Positions 8,235-17,312 of a stretch of 54,298 nucleotides of DNA are shown here, one piece after another. Location of the stretch: IMG/VR virus record IMGVR_UViG_3300020465_000027, positions 1 to 54,298 of that record; one strand, given 5' to 3'. Position 1 is the stretch's first letter, and each line of letters starts with the position of its first letter. The notes beneath the pieces are model-generated. The model worked only from the letters and a program-made list of their open reading frames with translations, did not search any database and was not told the origin of the DNA. The stretch is from a virus. Its lineage: Duplodnaviria > Caudoviricetes. Position numbers and translations under genes: made by a program.

Positions 8235-11200
8235 TTAGATAATCCAGACCTGAGTAAACGGTGGTTGGAAGAGTTGTACTTGTATGAGTGCGATACCAGA
8301 AATTGTGAGGTTACCACTTCCAATGTAAGGAGCACGTATAAACGAATCATCTGCGTTATTAACATTTGATATTCTTCCAGAACCTTGATATGCGTGAACA
8401 CGGAGATCAATACTATCTCCTGTAATATCAATTTCAACTCTTGGTTGTTCTGCAAAGGTGAGTAATGGATCTCCTGATGTTCCTCTGATTGCAAGAGTTC
8501 CACCTTGACTGATAAGTCTTGCAGTTCTTGCTTGAACACCTTCTCCAGTAAAGGAGAATAGCATTTGTTTTTCAAGAGGATTGAAAGTGAGAGACTCAGC
8601 AGCACCACTAAGTTTTCTAAGAGAACCAAATCCAACAAAGTCTCTTGTTCTAACAACAGTTGCATCTCCAAGAATCCTTGTTGTACCAGAACCAATATAA
8701 ATTGGAGAGAATTTATCAATGACATCTCCAAGTGTCCTAACTGTTCCTTGACCAACTTTATCTCTTGCTCTCGTGGTTGTAGCTTGACCCAATAATGAGA
8801 AGAGCATTTGCTTCTCATCTGGATTAAAGGTAAGAGATTCAGCAGCACCACTAAGTTTTCTAAGAGATCCAGATCCAATGTAAGGTCTGCTACGAGCAAT
8901 GTCACCATCTCCATTAATCCTAAGTAAGGATGGAAGTGTAGTGATATCAATTGCTCTAGACTCTGCTGCACCAGATAATTTTCTAAGTGAACCAGATCCT
9001 GCAAAATCTCTTGCTCTAACTGTGGTAGCATCACCAGTGATAAAGATATTACCAGAACCAATATTATTTGGAACCAATATATCTCTGGCAACTCCCCTAA
9101 GTCTAAGAGTTCCACCTTTACTAATTTCTCTAGCAAGTCTACTTTCAGAAGATTGACCTGTAAAGGAGAAGAGTAATTGTTTTTCAGTAGGATTGAATGT
9201 AAGAGATTCAGCAGCACCACCAAGTTTTTTGAAGCTACCAGAACCGATGTAATCAGCAGCAATTCTATGAGATGAATCAATATAAAGTTTGAGTCCACCA
9301 ATAGAATTCCAATTAGGAATAAATCTAATATCTAATGCTTCTGGATATAATCTAATATTTCCAGATGCTGTTTCTGTGGTAGATTTGTTTTCTTCACCCT
9401 TACCTGTAAAGGAGAATAATAATTGTCTTTCTTGTGGATTGACTGTAGATGATTCAGCAGCACCGCCAAATTTTCTAAACGAACCACTACCTTTGTATCT
9501 TGGAACTTGAACAGCTCTAGCATCACCACTAAATCTGAAGAGACCAGTAGTTTCGTATGCAATCGCTGATACAACAGTTGCACTATCAAAGGTAAATAAT
9601 ATACCAGTTGCAATCTCAGATGAAGATCTTCTTTCCTCTCCTCTACCTGCAAATGAGAATAGAATTTGTTCTTCGTCTGGATTGAGCGTAATACTTTCGG
9701 CAGCACCAGATAATTTCCTGAGTGAACCAAAGCCAATAAATGGTTTGGTTTGCTTGACAATTCCCTCGCCAGATATAGGAATTCTTCCAAAAACATCTTC
9801 TTGGAATCTGACCTTTGGAATCGCATCTCCAAATATCCGTATTTCTGTTCCTTCTTCTGGAGGATTGGCAGTAACTTTTTCTGTAACAGATCCTGTAAAA
9901 GAGAACAGTAATTGTTTTTCTTCTGGATTGAATGTAATAGATTCTGCTGCACCACTTAGTTTTCTTAGAGAACCAGATCCAACAAACGCTCTTGTTCTGT
10001 CCGTTCCACCAATACCAGATATGAAAATTGTTCCAGATGATTCTTCTGCATATGCAAGTAAAGGATCTTCTGATGTTCCACGTAAACGAACTTCTGCTCC
10101 TTCTTCTGGAGGATTTGCAACAAAACTTTCCTTTCCTTCTCCAAGGAAGGAGAAGAGCATTTGTTTTTCTAGTGGATTGAATGTTACAGATTCTGCTAAA
10201 CCACTTAGTTTTCTTAATGAACCAGATCCAACATAAGTTCTTGTTCTTGGAGTAGAAGCATCTCCAATAAATCTGAATCCACCAGATCCAAAATGCTGTA
10301 AACTGAATAGTGCAAATACATCTCCACTGAATCTAAACAATCCACCAGAAACAGCACCAATAGATGTGGATTCTGATAATCCACCAAAGGCAAATAAGTT
10401 ACCAGATCCAATTTCAGTTGCAGGTGTAAAGGATTCATCAAGAGTTCCAGTAATTCTTGCAAATCCAGATCCAAAGTAAGGAGGTGTCCAGAATGTATCA
10501 CCTTTACCAAATATGTTAATAGTAGCTCTACCACTAACACTAATACCAGTAGAAACAATATTTTCAACAAAGAATGTTGTTGCTGTACCAGTAATGTCAA
10601 ATGCACCGTATGGACATACTTTAGAAAGACTATCAAGTATGTGTCCGTAATCTTCTCTTTCGTTAAAGTTAGGTTCAGATACGAGACCATAATCTTCAAT
10701 ATTATTTGGCGTTGTTATTGAAGGAGGAATTGCATATGCGTTTGGAGGAGCAATTGCAAGTATGGTTCCTGGTGCAACTTTAGTACATCCAGTTGATGCA
10801 GTAGTATTAGTGGTAATAGTACCACTAACTGTTATACAAGTAGCTGGAGCGTTAGGATCAATAATAAATCCGTAATCAAGTTCTATACCTTCTACACATG
10901 CAGAGTTATTATACGCTTCAGTATGTTTTTCGTGACCTTCTTCTAGATTTAACCATTGAAGTTGTGTATAACCAATTTGGGTATTTGCTTGATCATAGAA
11001 TTCAAGATAACCAAGATTAATATATCCGTTGTAAAGATCATAGTAATCAAGAGTAAATTCTCCAAGTTGTGATAGTTGATATATTTCTGGTTTTCTTGGA
11101 TGTAATTTAAATGAACCAGATCCAACATAATCAAATACTGTTTTCTCTGCCTCAAGTGTAGCAAGATTTCTAATTCTTCCTGATCCAACATAAGATTCAG

Positions 11201-12683
11201 TATGTTTCTCACTAAGTCTTTGTCCAACAAATGAGAAGAGCATTTGTTCTTCTGTTGGATTAAATGTGAGAGATTCAGAAGATCCACTGAGTTTTCTAAG
11301 TGAACCAAATCCAAGGTAACTATCAGATTTTCTAGTAACAGAATCTCCAGTAATCTTGTAAAGACCTGTAGTATGTTGAGCAGACCAAAGAATTGATTCA
11401 GCAGAACCAGATAATTTTCTGATTTCACCAGAACCAATATATTTTTCTGTGTGTTTTTCTGTAACAAGTCCATGAACAGAGAACAATATTTGTTCTTCTG
11501 TGGGATTGAAGGTAAGAGATTCAGCAGCACCTTCAAGTATTGGAATTGTTCCAGTTCCCTCAATATGAGGAGTGTAATATGTTTTACTTGTTCCAGTAAG
11601 TGTAAATAATCCTCTCGCAAGTTCTGAAACAAGAGTAGATTCTGATAATCCACCAAAGGCAAATAAGTTACCAGATCCTGAAGCGATGTCTGTATTACTA
11701 TGATGTCCTTCACCTGTAAAGGAGAAGAGCATTTGTCTTTCTTGTGGATTGAAGGTAGCACATTCTGCTGCACCAGAAAATGTAAATAATGATCCTTCAA
11801 GTAATTCGCCAGCTGGTTCGTAAACTTCTGCAACTACTCCAGACAGCAGAATTTCTCCCCCTCCTTTTGGAGATGGGGAGAAGTTCTGATCTGCAATACC
11901 AGCGAATTGGAATGGCGGGACTGATCCATCAACAATGTAACCATATACATTAAGACCTTCTTGTTTACTGAAGATCGTGATTTTTCCTTCACCTACCCAT
12001 GCATTAGTTGCTTTTGCCTCAGCCTCACCAATTGTCTTAACGAATCCAAATGCTCTTTCTGATCTTGTACGCCAAATAAATCCGTGATCAATTCTAGTAA
12101 CCTGATCAAGACCAGTTATTAATCCATTATCCTCTGCAAAATTATGCGTATTTGTAATTAAACCATAATCTAGTTCAGTAAATTCATCAAATACATTTGC
12201 ATCATAAACATAAGTTCTTCTTTCATCAGCATTATTAAATCTGAATAATGATTGATGATCTCTGACACTAGTAAAGGATCCAATAGTTCTATTTCCAAGA
12301 TCATCAACTGTGCTAGGACCATGCAATCCTACTGTATCAGAAACAACTCCAGATTCATATGAAAATATACAAATTCCACCAGAACAATTAATATTTGTGT
12401 AAGGAACAACATTTGGAAATGTTACTGCTGAACCAGAAATAAAACTTCTTCCTCTCTCACCAACTATTAATATTCCACCCTTTCCATCTGTGGTATTAGA
12501 TCCTATTCCCTCTGATCCATAATTTCCAACGGTTCCATAATTAACTTCTTCAATTCTTTGTGTTAATGCTTGTTTGTAGTTATATTCGGTAACTACTGTA
12601 TTACTTTGGCTAGAGATTGTTTCATCTTTGTGCTCAAAGATGATTTTAGATAATATTCCCGATGACTTATAATTGTAACGCAT
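8235..12683 (-). CDS. Large repetitive virion structural protein (1482 aa)
   Basis: About 12 copies of GSGSLRKLSGAAESLTFNPxEKQxLFSFxG plus D(Y/H)G motifs; lies in the structural cluster. Confidence 0.75.
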   Translation of the reverse strand: MRYNYKSSGILSKIIFEHKDETISSQSNTVVTEYNYKQALTQRIEEVNYGTVGNYGSEGIGSNTTDGKGGILIVGERGRSFISGSAVTFPNVVPYTNINCSGGICIFSYESGVVSDTVGLHGPSTVDDLGNRTIGSFTSVRDHQSLFRFNNADERRTYVYDANVFDEFTELDYGLITNTHNFAEDNGLITGLDQVTRIDHGFIWRTRSERAFGFVKTIGEAEAKATNAWVGEGKITIFSKQEGLNVYGYIVDGSVPPFQFAGIADQNFSPSPKGGGEILLSGVVAEVYEPAGELLEGSLFTFSGAAECATFNPQERQMLFSFTGEGHHSNTDIASGSGNLFAFGGLSESTLVSELARGLFTLTGTSKTYYTPHIEGTGTIPILEGAAESLTFNPTEEQILFSVHGLVTEKHTEKYIGSGEIRKLSGSAESILWSAQHTTGLYKITGDSVTRKSDSYLGFGSLRKLSGSSESLTFNPTEEQMLFSFVGQRLSEKHTESYVGSGRIRNLATLEAEKTVFDYVGSGSFKLHPRKPEIYQLSQLGEFTLDYYDLYNGYINLGYLEFYDQANTQIGYTQLQWLNLEEGHEKHTEAYNNSACVEGIELDYGFIIDPNAPATCITVSGTITTNTTASTGCTKVAPGTILAIAPPNAYAIPPSITTPNNIEDYGLVSEPNFNEREDYGHILDSLSKVCPYGAFDITGTATTFFVENIVSTGISVSGRATINIFGKGDTFWTPPYFGSGFARITGTLDESFTPATEIGSGNLFAFGGLSESTSIGAVSGGLFRFSGDVFALFSLQHFGSGGFRFIGDASTPRTRTYVGSGSLRKLSGLAESVTFNPLEKQMLFSFLGEGKESFVANPPEEGAEVRLRGTSEDPLLAYAEESSGTIFISGIGGTDRTRAFVGSGSLRKLSGAAESITFNPEEKQLLFSFTGSVTEKVTANPPEEGTEIRIFGDAIPKVRFQEDVFGRIPISGEGIVKQTKPFIGFGSLRKLSGAAESITLNPDEEQILFSFAGRGEERRSSSEIATGILFTFDSATVVSAIAYETTGLFRFSGDARAVQVPRYKGSGSFRKFGGAAESSTVNPQERQLLFSFTGKGEENKSTTETASGNIRLYPEALDIRFIPNWNSIGGLKLYIDSSHRIAADYIGSGSFKKLGGAAESLTFNPTEKQLLFSFTGQSSESRLAREISKGGTLRLRGVARDILVPNNIGSGNIFITGDATTVRARDFAGSGSLRKLSGAAESRAIDITTLPSLLRINGDGDIARSRPYIGSGSLRKLSGAAESLTFNPDEKQMLFSLLGQATTTRARDKVGQGTVRTLGDVIDKFSPIYIGSGTTRILGDATVVRTRDFVGFGSLRKLSGAAESLTFNPLEKQMLFSFTGEGVQARTARLISQGGTLAIRGTSGDPLLTFAEQPRVEIDITGDSIDLRVHAYQGSGRISNVNNADDSFIRAPYIGSGNLTISGIALIQVQLFQPPFTQVWII
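8520..11800 (-). repeat. Intragenic repeats with ~81-83-aa period (~41-aa half unit)
   Basis: Repeat cores near 10201, 9952, 9706, 9463, 9217, 8971, 8848 and 8605 (spacing 243-249 bp, once 123 bp); further copies near 11290-11770. Confidence 0.85.
10369..11678. repeat. Exact 41-bp direct repeat (10369-10409 and 11638-11678)
   Basis: gattctgataatccaccaaaggcaaataagttaccagatcc occurs twice, 1269 bp apart (in frame), and encodes GSGNLFAFGGLSES. Confidence 0.9.
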
Positions 12684-12700
12684 CGCAACCTAATAATCCA

Positions 12701-12730
12701 ATAAAAAAGGGGTCGCAAATCGCAACCCCC
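12701..12730 (-). terminator. Rho-independent terminator
   Basis: mRNA GGGGUUGCG-AUU-UGCGACCCC stem followed by UUUUUUAU, downstream of the 480-aa gene. Confidence 0.75.
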
Positions 12731-12760
12731 ACAAACTAAAAATATAAATTGGGTACACCC

Positions 12761-12768
12761 TATGTATA
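12761..12768 (-). promoter_or_regulatory. Possible variant late promoter (TATACATA)
   Basis: One mismatch to TATAAATA, immediately after the stop of the 480-aa gene. Confidence 0.3.
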
Positions 12769-12769
12769 A

Positions 12770-14212
12770 TTAGTCTAGGCTGACATTTAGAGTAACCTTA
12801 ATTTGGTCACCGTTGTTTTGAATACTGTAAGGACCATTTGTAAATTGTTCTGCAAAGAATATACTTGAGTACAATGTAGCATCTCCAGTTCCTGAAAGAG
12901 CAGGTGTAGTAGTAAATGTACTGTTAGTAGGAACAGTATGAATTGTGTAATGTTGTGCAGTAATTGTACTTGTAGTTCCTTGTCCAATGTAAATAACATC
13001 GCCAGGATTTAGATTATGATCAACAGCACTACCACTAGGATCTGTTGTCATAACTGAATAATCAAAATCTACTTTGTCATTACTACTTGCTGTACCAATG
13101 TTATCTGTAAGTTGATTGTTTAGATAAACACGTGGTCCTTGCTCACCAGCTTTAGTTGCAAAATCAATACCTGTAATAACTGTGCTTGCAGGAAATGCAT
13201 CAGGACCTCCTTGTCCACCACCACCTGTCTTAGAAACTGCTTGTCCAACAGTCAATTCTTCAGCAACATTTACTTTAAAAGTAGCGTTACCAGAAGCATT
13301 ACCACCTGTGATAGGTTTATCTAGATAAATGTCATTAGTATCAACACCAACAACACGTGTTTCTGATGGAATATTTGTACCAGTAACTACCTGACCTGTT
13401 TTAACACCAGATCCAGAAGCAACTGTAATAGTAAATCCATTTTGAGCACCAGAACTAATAGCACTAACAACAGTAGTATCTTTTAACTCAACATAGTTAT
13501 TACCAATAACTCCTTTACACTCTGCTTTTTCAACAGAAGTTCCAACAGCAGCAACAGATCCACCATCAACAACACCACTCAATGTAACAGGCATGTTATT
13601 AGCACGTGCTAGATAGTAACCATAAACATCACCAGCAGCACCAGAGAATGTAAAAATTTCTTCAGGATATGTTGCAGTTGTTCTTCCTCTACCAAAAGAA
13701 GCTGCTGTACCACTAGCAATAGTAGCAGTTAATTTTTGACTTATTTCAATATTGTTACCGTCAATATCAACAACAAAAGTGTTTAAAGGAATGCCAGCAG
13801 CAGTGGTTACATAGTCACCTTTTTTAATATCTGCGTTAGTAGAAACAACAATTTGATATGTACCAACTGTACCTGAGATTGTAGGAGTAGCAACAGGTGA
13901 TGATGTAGTAGCAACTGTCCAACGGTTACCATTTAGGAGTATACCATAGTTTTGAGTAAAATCTTGGTTTTCTTCAGTTCTGTTATTAACAACTGAAGGA
14001 TATCCTGTAGTAGGTGCAGATCCATATCCGCTATTATTACTAGCATTATATGGTTCAAAGTACTTCGTTGCAGAAGGTACATCCTGTTCCGTAGGTGCTG
14101 TGGTAGGTCCTGTATACAGTTTCAATACCAAGTTCCTTGGAATTTCGTGTGTCGCATTTAATAAGGTGCGGAGTGAATCAATCTCACCCTGATCGGTAAC
14201 TAGCAGTGCCAT
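12770..14212 (-). CDS. Virion structural protein (tail-associated)
   Basis: 480 aa; GAGGAG RBS; terminal motifs NLVLKLY, TATYPEEIFTF...VYGYYL and FAEQFTNGPY.IQN.GDQIKVT surround inserted beta-rich repeats. Confidence 0.7.
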   Translation of the reverse strand: MALLVTDQGEIDSLRTLLNATHEIPRNLVLKLYTGPTTAPTEQDVPSATKYFEPYNASNNSGYGSAPTTGYPSVVNNRTEENQDFTQNYGILLNGNRWTVATTSSPVATPTISGTVGTYQIVVSTNADIKKGDYVTTAAGIPLNTFVVDIDGNNIEISQKLTATIASGTAASFGRGRTTATYPEEIFTFSGAAGDVYGYYLARANNMPVTLSGVVDGGSVAAVGTSVEKAECKGVIGNNYVELKDTTVVSAISSGAQNGFTITVASGSGVKTGQVVTGTNIPSETRVVGVDTNDIYLDKPITGGNASGNATFKVNVAEELTVGQAVSKTGGGGQGGPDAFPASTVITGIDFATKAGEQGPRVYLNNQLTDNIGTASSNDKVDFDYSVMTTDPSGSAVDHNLNPGDVIYIGQGTTSTITAQHYTIHTVPTNSTFTTTPALSGTGDATLYSSIFFAEQFTNGPYSIQNNGDQIKVTLNVSLD

Positions 14213-14250
14213 TTAAGTTTACTCCTCGTGATCTTTTCCTATGTTACTGT

Positions 14251-14257
14251 TATTTAT
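14251..14257 (-). promoter_or_regulatory. T4-like late promoter (ATAAATA)
   Basis: ATAAATA abutting the upstream stop, about 38 nt before the ATG at 14212. Confidence 0.6.
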
Positions 14258-14982
14258 TAAAGTGCTAGCTTCATTGAAACTACGCACCTCTGTATATTTA
14301 TAGCATATACAATTTTAAATTGTAAAATGTCTCCAGCATTCAGTGCAGTATTCCATGTGGAGAGTGACGTATCTTGATTTATACGTTGTGTTGTTCCTTG
14401 TCCAATATCACCTAAAGTTGGTCTTTCTGAACCACATATAGATGAAAAATTTGGAAAATTAGCAAAATCAACTTTACTAATATCAAACTGAACTTGACCC
14501 TCTTGATCAGCAATAATTGTCCATGATTCAATTTTGCCAGTTACATCAAGAGTCATATCTCCTTTGATACCAGAAGACATTGGTGCAGATCCAGCATCAA
14601 CAACAAAATTAATTGTTCTCGTTAAATCTGCTGTTGTAGATAATCCTACAACATAAACTTTTTGTCCTGAAGTTGGAGGTGTTGTAAAAATTAAATTGGT
14701 GCCACTTGTACTGTAATCAATACCAGGAACTTGCACTAAACCATCAATAGCAACAATCAATTGTTGATCATTTGCTGGTGTATATGGATCTCCAACAGGA
14801 TCAATTAGAGGAAATCCAGTATTGGTTCCATTAAATACCCAACTAGATGTATCAAGTATTTCGTTACCATACTGAAGATACTTACTAGGAATCTCATAGT
14901 TGACACCAACATTAAATTTCTTCTGAGGTTCAGAAAGAACCTGATAGTTAGAAGATTTTACTGATACGTTATAATTAGGCAT
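14257..14982 (-). CDS. Virion structural protein (baseplate/tail-associated)
   Basis: Contains the LIVAIDGLVQVPGIDYSTSGTNLIFTTPP module also repeated in gp7; TAATG coupling with the upstream gene. Confidence 0.7.
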   Translation of the reverse strand: MPNYNVSVKSSNYQVLSEPQKKFNVGVNYEIPSKYLQYGNEILDTSSWVFNGTNTGFPLIDPVGDPYTPANDQQLIVAIDGLVQVPGIDYSTSGTNLIFTTPPTSGQKVYVVGLSTTADLTRTINFVVDAGSAPMSSGIKGDMTLDVTGKIESWTIIADQEGQVQFDISKVDFANFPNFSSICGSERPTLGDIGQGTTQRINQDTSLSTWNTALNAGDILQFKIVYAINIQRCVVSMKLAL

Positions 14983-15317
14983 TAGGTAACTCCTGGTGTT
15001 ACTTCTACAATTCCCTCTATAACTCTTGTCTTAATACTTTGTGGTGATGTTAAAACTATATCATAAACATAACGTCTTGGATCTAATGCAGAAGTAGCAG
15101 TATTGTTTAATCCAATTTTTAAAATACCATTATAACGATCCACAAATGTAACAACAAAACTTGTTGCGGTAGTAGAAAAATAACTTCTCCGCATTTTAGC
15201 TTCTGCTGTATATCCTGTTAAATTAAGTGGAGTTGTATTATCCTCATTTTGGATATTGAAAGTAGCATCAAAATCTGTGCCCTTTTCTAACAGTAGATTT
15301 AAAGGAATTGCTGCCAT
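14982..15317 (-). CDS. Small conserved virion structural protein
   Basis: GTDFDATF...LNLTGYTAEAKMR...YVYDIVLT...TRVIEGIVEVTPGVT, a pattern recurrent in T4-like cyanophage structural regions. Confidence 0.7.
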   Translation of the reverse strand: MAAIPLNLLLEKGTDFDATFNIQNEDNTTPLNLTGYTAEAKMRRSYFSTTATSFVVTFVDRYNGILKIGLNNTATSALDPRRYVYDIVLTSPQSIKTRVIEGIVEVTPGVT

Positions 15318-15322
15318 AATTT

Positions 15323-17293
15323 TTAATTAGTATCTCTAATCCACATGGTGTAAGAGTATTGAACATTGCTGTTTAAATCTCCTGGTTCATCTCTAAATTG
15401 ATTATCAATATTACGACATCTCTGATAACTAGAAGTATCTGCACGGGAAACACCAATCCCTTGCGTAGCAGAAACAGACTCACTATTTAAACCTTGTGGT
15501 GTAATCATAGAACGGTCTTGGTTACTTTCTTCAGTACCACTTGGTTCACCAAATCCAAAATATATTGTTGTTGCATTTGCAAAAACATCATCGTTTTGAC
15601 TGTATGATGTTACACTTAAACGTCTGAAACCACCGCCACCACTATTTCTTTGAGTACCTGCATCAACCCACATATTGTTTCCTCTTCCAAAGAAAACACG
15701 AGTATCAGCAACAGATGTAAATGTTTCAGTGTACCAAAGTTTTCTCAACCTCAAACCTTGGTCTTTCATCATAACTTGGTTTAAAGAAGCATTTGCATAT
15801 AATTGTGGATGTTTAAAGTTCTTACCAAAATTACCTGGCCAACCTATAGATCCCAACATGTTATATTCATCATCTGTAAATCTTCCACCATGAGAACTTG
15901 CTGATGTATAGTTTCCAGAATCCGTTCTGTGTAAGAAATAACCCCACATCCATTTGTATTGAGCAAATGAATTCTTCCATGTTGCTCCATCTTCACCCAT
16001 AACTCTAGTTCTATGGTCATCCCAGAAAGTTGCAACATGCATCCAACCACCACCATCAGTATCCATATCACAGAATACCTCAAATGCACTACCACCATAT
16101 CCTGATGGTTTTATCCAATATATCCCTGTCTCAGCAGTAGAATTAGATGCTTTAATTGCTCTAGCACTTGTTGCGGGATTTGATTGTGAATTTCCTAACG
16201 TCTCAGATTCACTAATTTTATATGAGACACCTACTAGTCCTTGTCCACCATCACCACCACGTCCAGTGTTGTCTTCGGCATTTGGAGAACCACCTTGATA
16301 TCCTCCGCAACCACCACCACCGCCGCCACCTAGTCCATCAGTACCACTTGATCCTTCTCTCATACCCCATCCAGTATCTCCTCCTCTACCAGTACCACCA
16401 ATTTCGCCACCAGCAATAGCAGTATCATAGGTATCATTTGCATATCCAGAATCACCACCTTGTCCACCATAACTTCCACCAGAATCGGGAGTAGAACCAG
16501 CACCACCGCCACCTCCACCAGCAGCAAATTGGGATGTAGCACCACCAAAAACAAATTTAAGATCTATTGCACCACCACCAGATCCACCACCTTGTGCCTT
16601 GTTCCCATTGTTTTGTTGAACATCTCCACCACGACTACCAGCACCACCGCCACCTGCTCCATATGGATACGAACCATCGGAATAACCTGTACCACCACGA
16701 TTTCCAACACCAACTACATTATTTGATCCATATGTATTTTGGTTTGTGACACCGTACTCATTATGTCCTCCAGAAGAACCTGGACCACCACCAGATCCAC
16801 CATCTTTAGCGTCGTTACCTGTTCCTGATCTACCACCTCCACCACCACCATTGGCTTGGAATCCAAAGAAGTTAGTATTTCCACCAGTATTACCAGGATT
16901 TGCACTACCAGGTCCCGCACCTTGAGGAGCACCAACACCACCGTCTCCTCCACCACCTAAAGAAGCACCATGACCAGTAGCACTGTAATTTGTGTATGCA
17001 GTAGAGTAAACAACTCCACCAGCTCCACCACCACCGCCACCAAACCAGTCAGCGTCATGACCACCAGCACCACCACCGCCACCTGCAACAGCTGCAAAAG
17101 CAATAGGTCCATCAGCTTTAGTACATGTCCATGTACCATTGTCCAAAAACATATGTGTTTTATGTTTATATCCATCACTGTCAAACCAGACGTATTCAAT
17201 TCCTCCAGAAGCTGCTACATCTGGTTCATATTGACTATCCAATGTTCTAAAACCCGAAACGGATCCTCCACCAAGTGTTTGTAAAAAAGGCAT
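15323..17293 (-). CDS. Glycine-rich adhesin with C-terminal fibrinogen-related (lectin-like) domain
   Basis: Many poly-Gly motifs (AGGGGGAGG, GAGGGGAG) in the N-terminal half; GIYWIKP...FEVFCDMDTDGGGW is the fibrinogen-related domain signature. Confidence 0.7.
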   Translation of the reverse strand: MPFLQTLGGGSVSGFRTLDSQYEPDVAASGGIEYVWFDSDGYKHKTHMFLDNGTWTCTKADGPIAFAAVAGGGGGAGGHDADWFGGGGGGAGGVVYSTAYTNYSATGHGASLGGGGDGGVGAPQGAGPGSANPGNTGGNTNFFGFQANGGGGGGRSGTGNDAKDGGSGGGPGSSGGHNEYGVTNQNTYGSNNVVGVGNRGGTGYSDGSYPYGAGGGGAGSRGGDVQQNNGNKAQGGGSGGGAIDLKFVFGGATSQFAAGGGGGGAGSTPDSGGSYGGQGGDSGYANDTYDTAIAGGEIGGTGRGGDTGWGMREGSSGTDGLGGGGGGGCGGYQGGSPNAEDNTGRGGDGGQGLVGVSYKISESETLGNSQSNPATSARAIKASNSTAETGIYWIKPSGYGGSAFEVFCDMDTDGGGWMHVATFWDDHRTRVMGEDGATWKNSFAQYKWMWGYFLHRTDSGNYTSASSHGGRFTDDEYNMLGSIGWPGNFGKNFKHPQLYANASLNQVMMKDQGLRLRKLWYTETFTSVADTRVFFGRGNNMWVDAGTQRNSGGGGFRRLSVTSYSQNDDVFANATTIYFGFGEPSGTEESNQDRSMITPQGLNSESVSATQGIGVSRADTSSYQRCRNIDNQFRDEPGDLNSNVQYSYTMWIRDTN

Positions 17294-17312
17294 TTATCTT
17301 AACTCCGTTTGT

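Noticed and set aside
8228-11833. Four long Leu-rich minus-strand ORFs (357, 207, 161, 294 aa) in one alternative frame of the 1482-aa gene; considered as overprinting or frameshift products
   Set aside because: Expected shadow frame: scarcity of NTA/NTG codons in the real gene removes stops in that frame. The L/Q/V-rich translation mirrors the main-frame repeats, and similar shadows occur in other genes here
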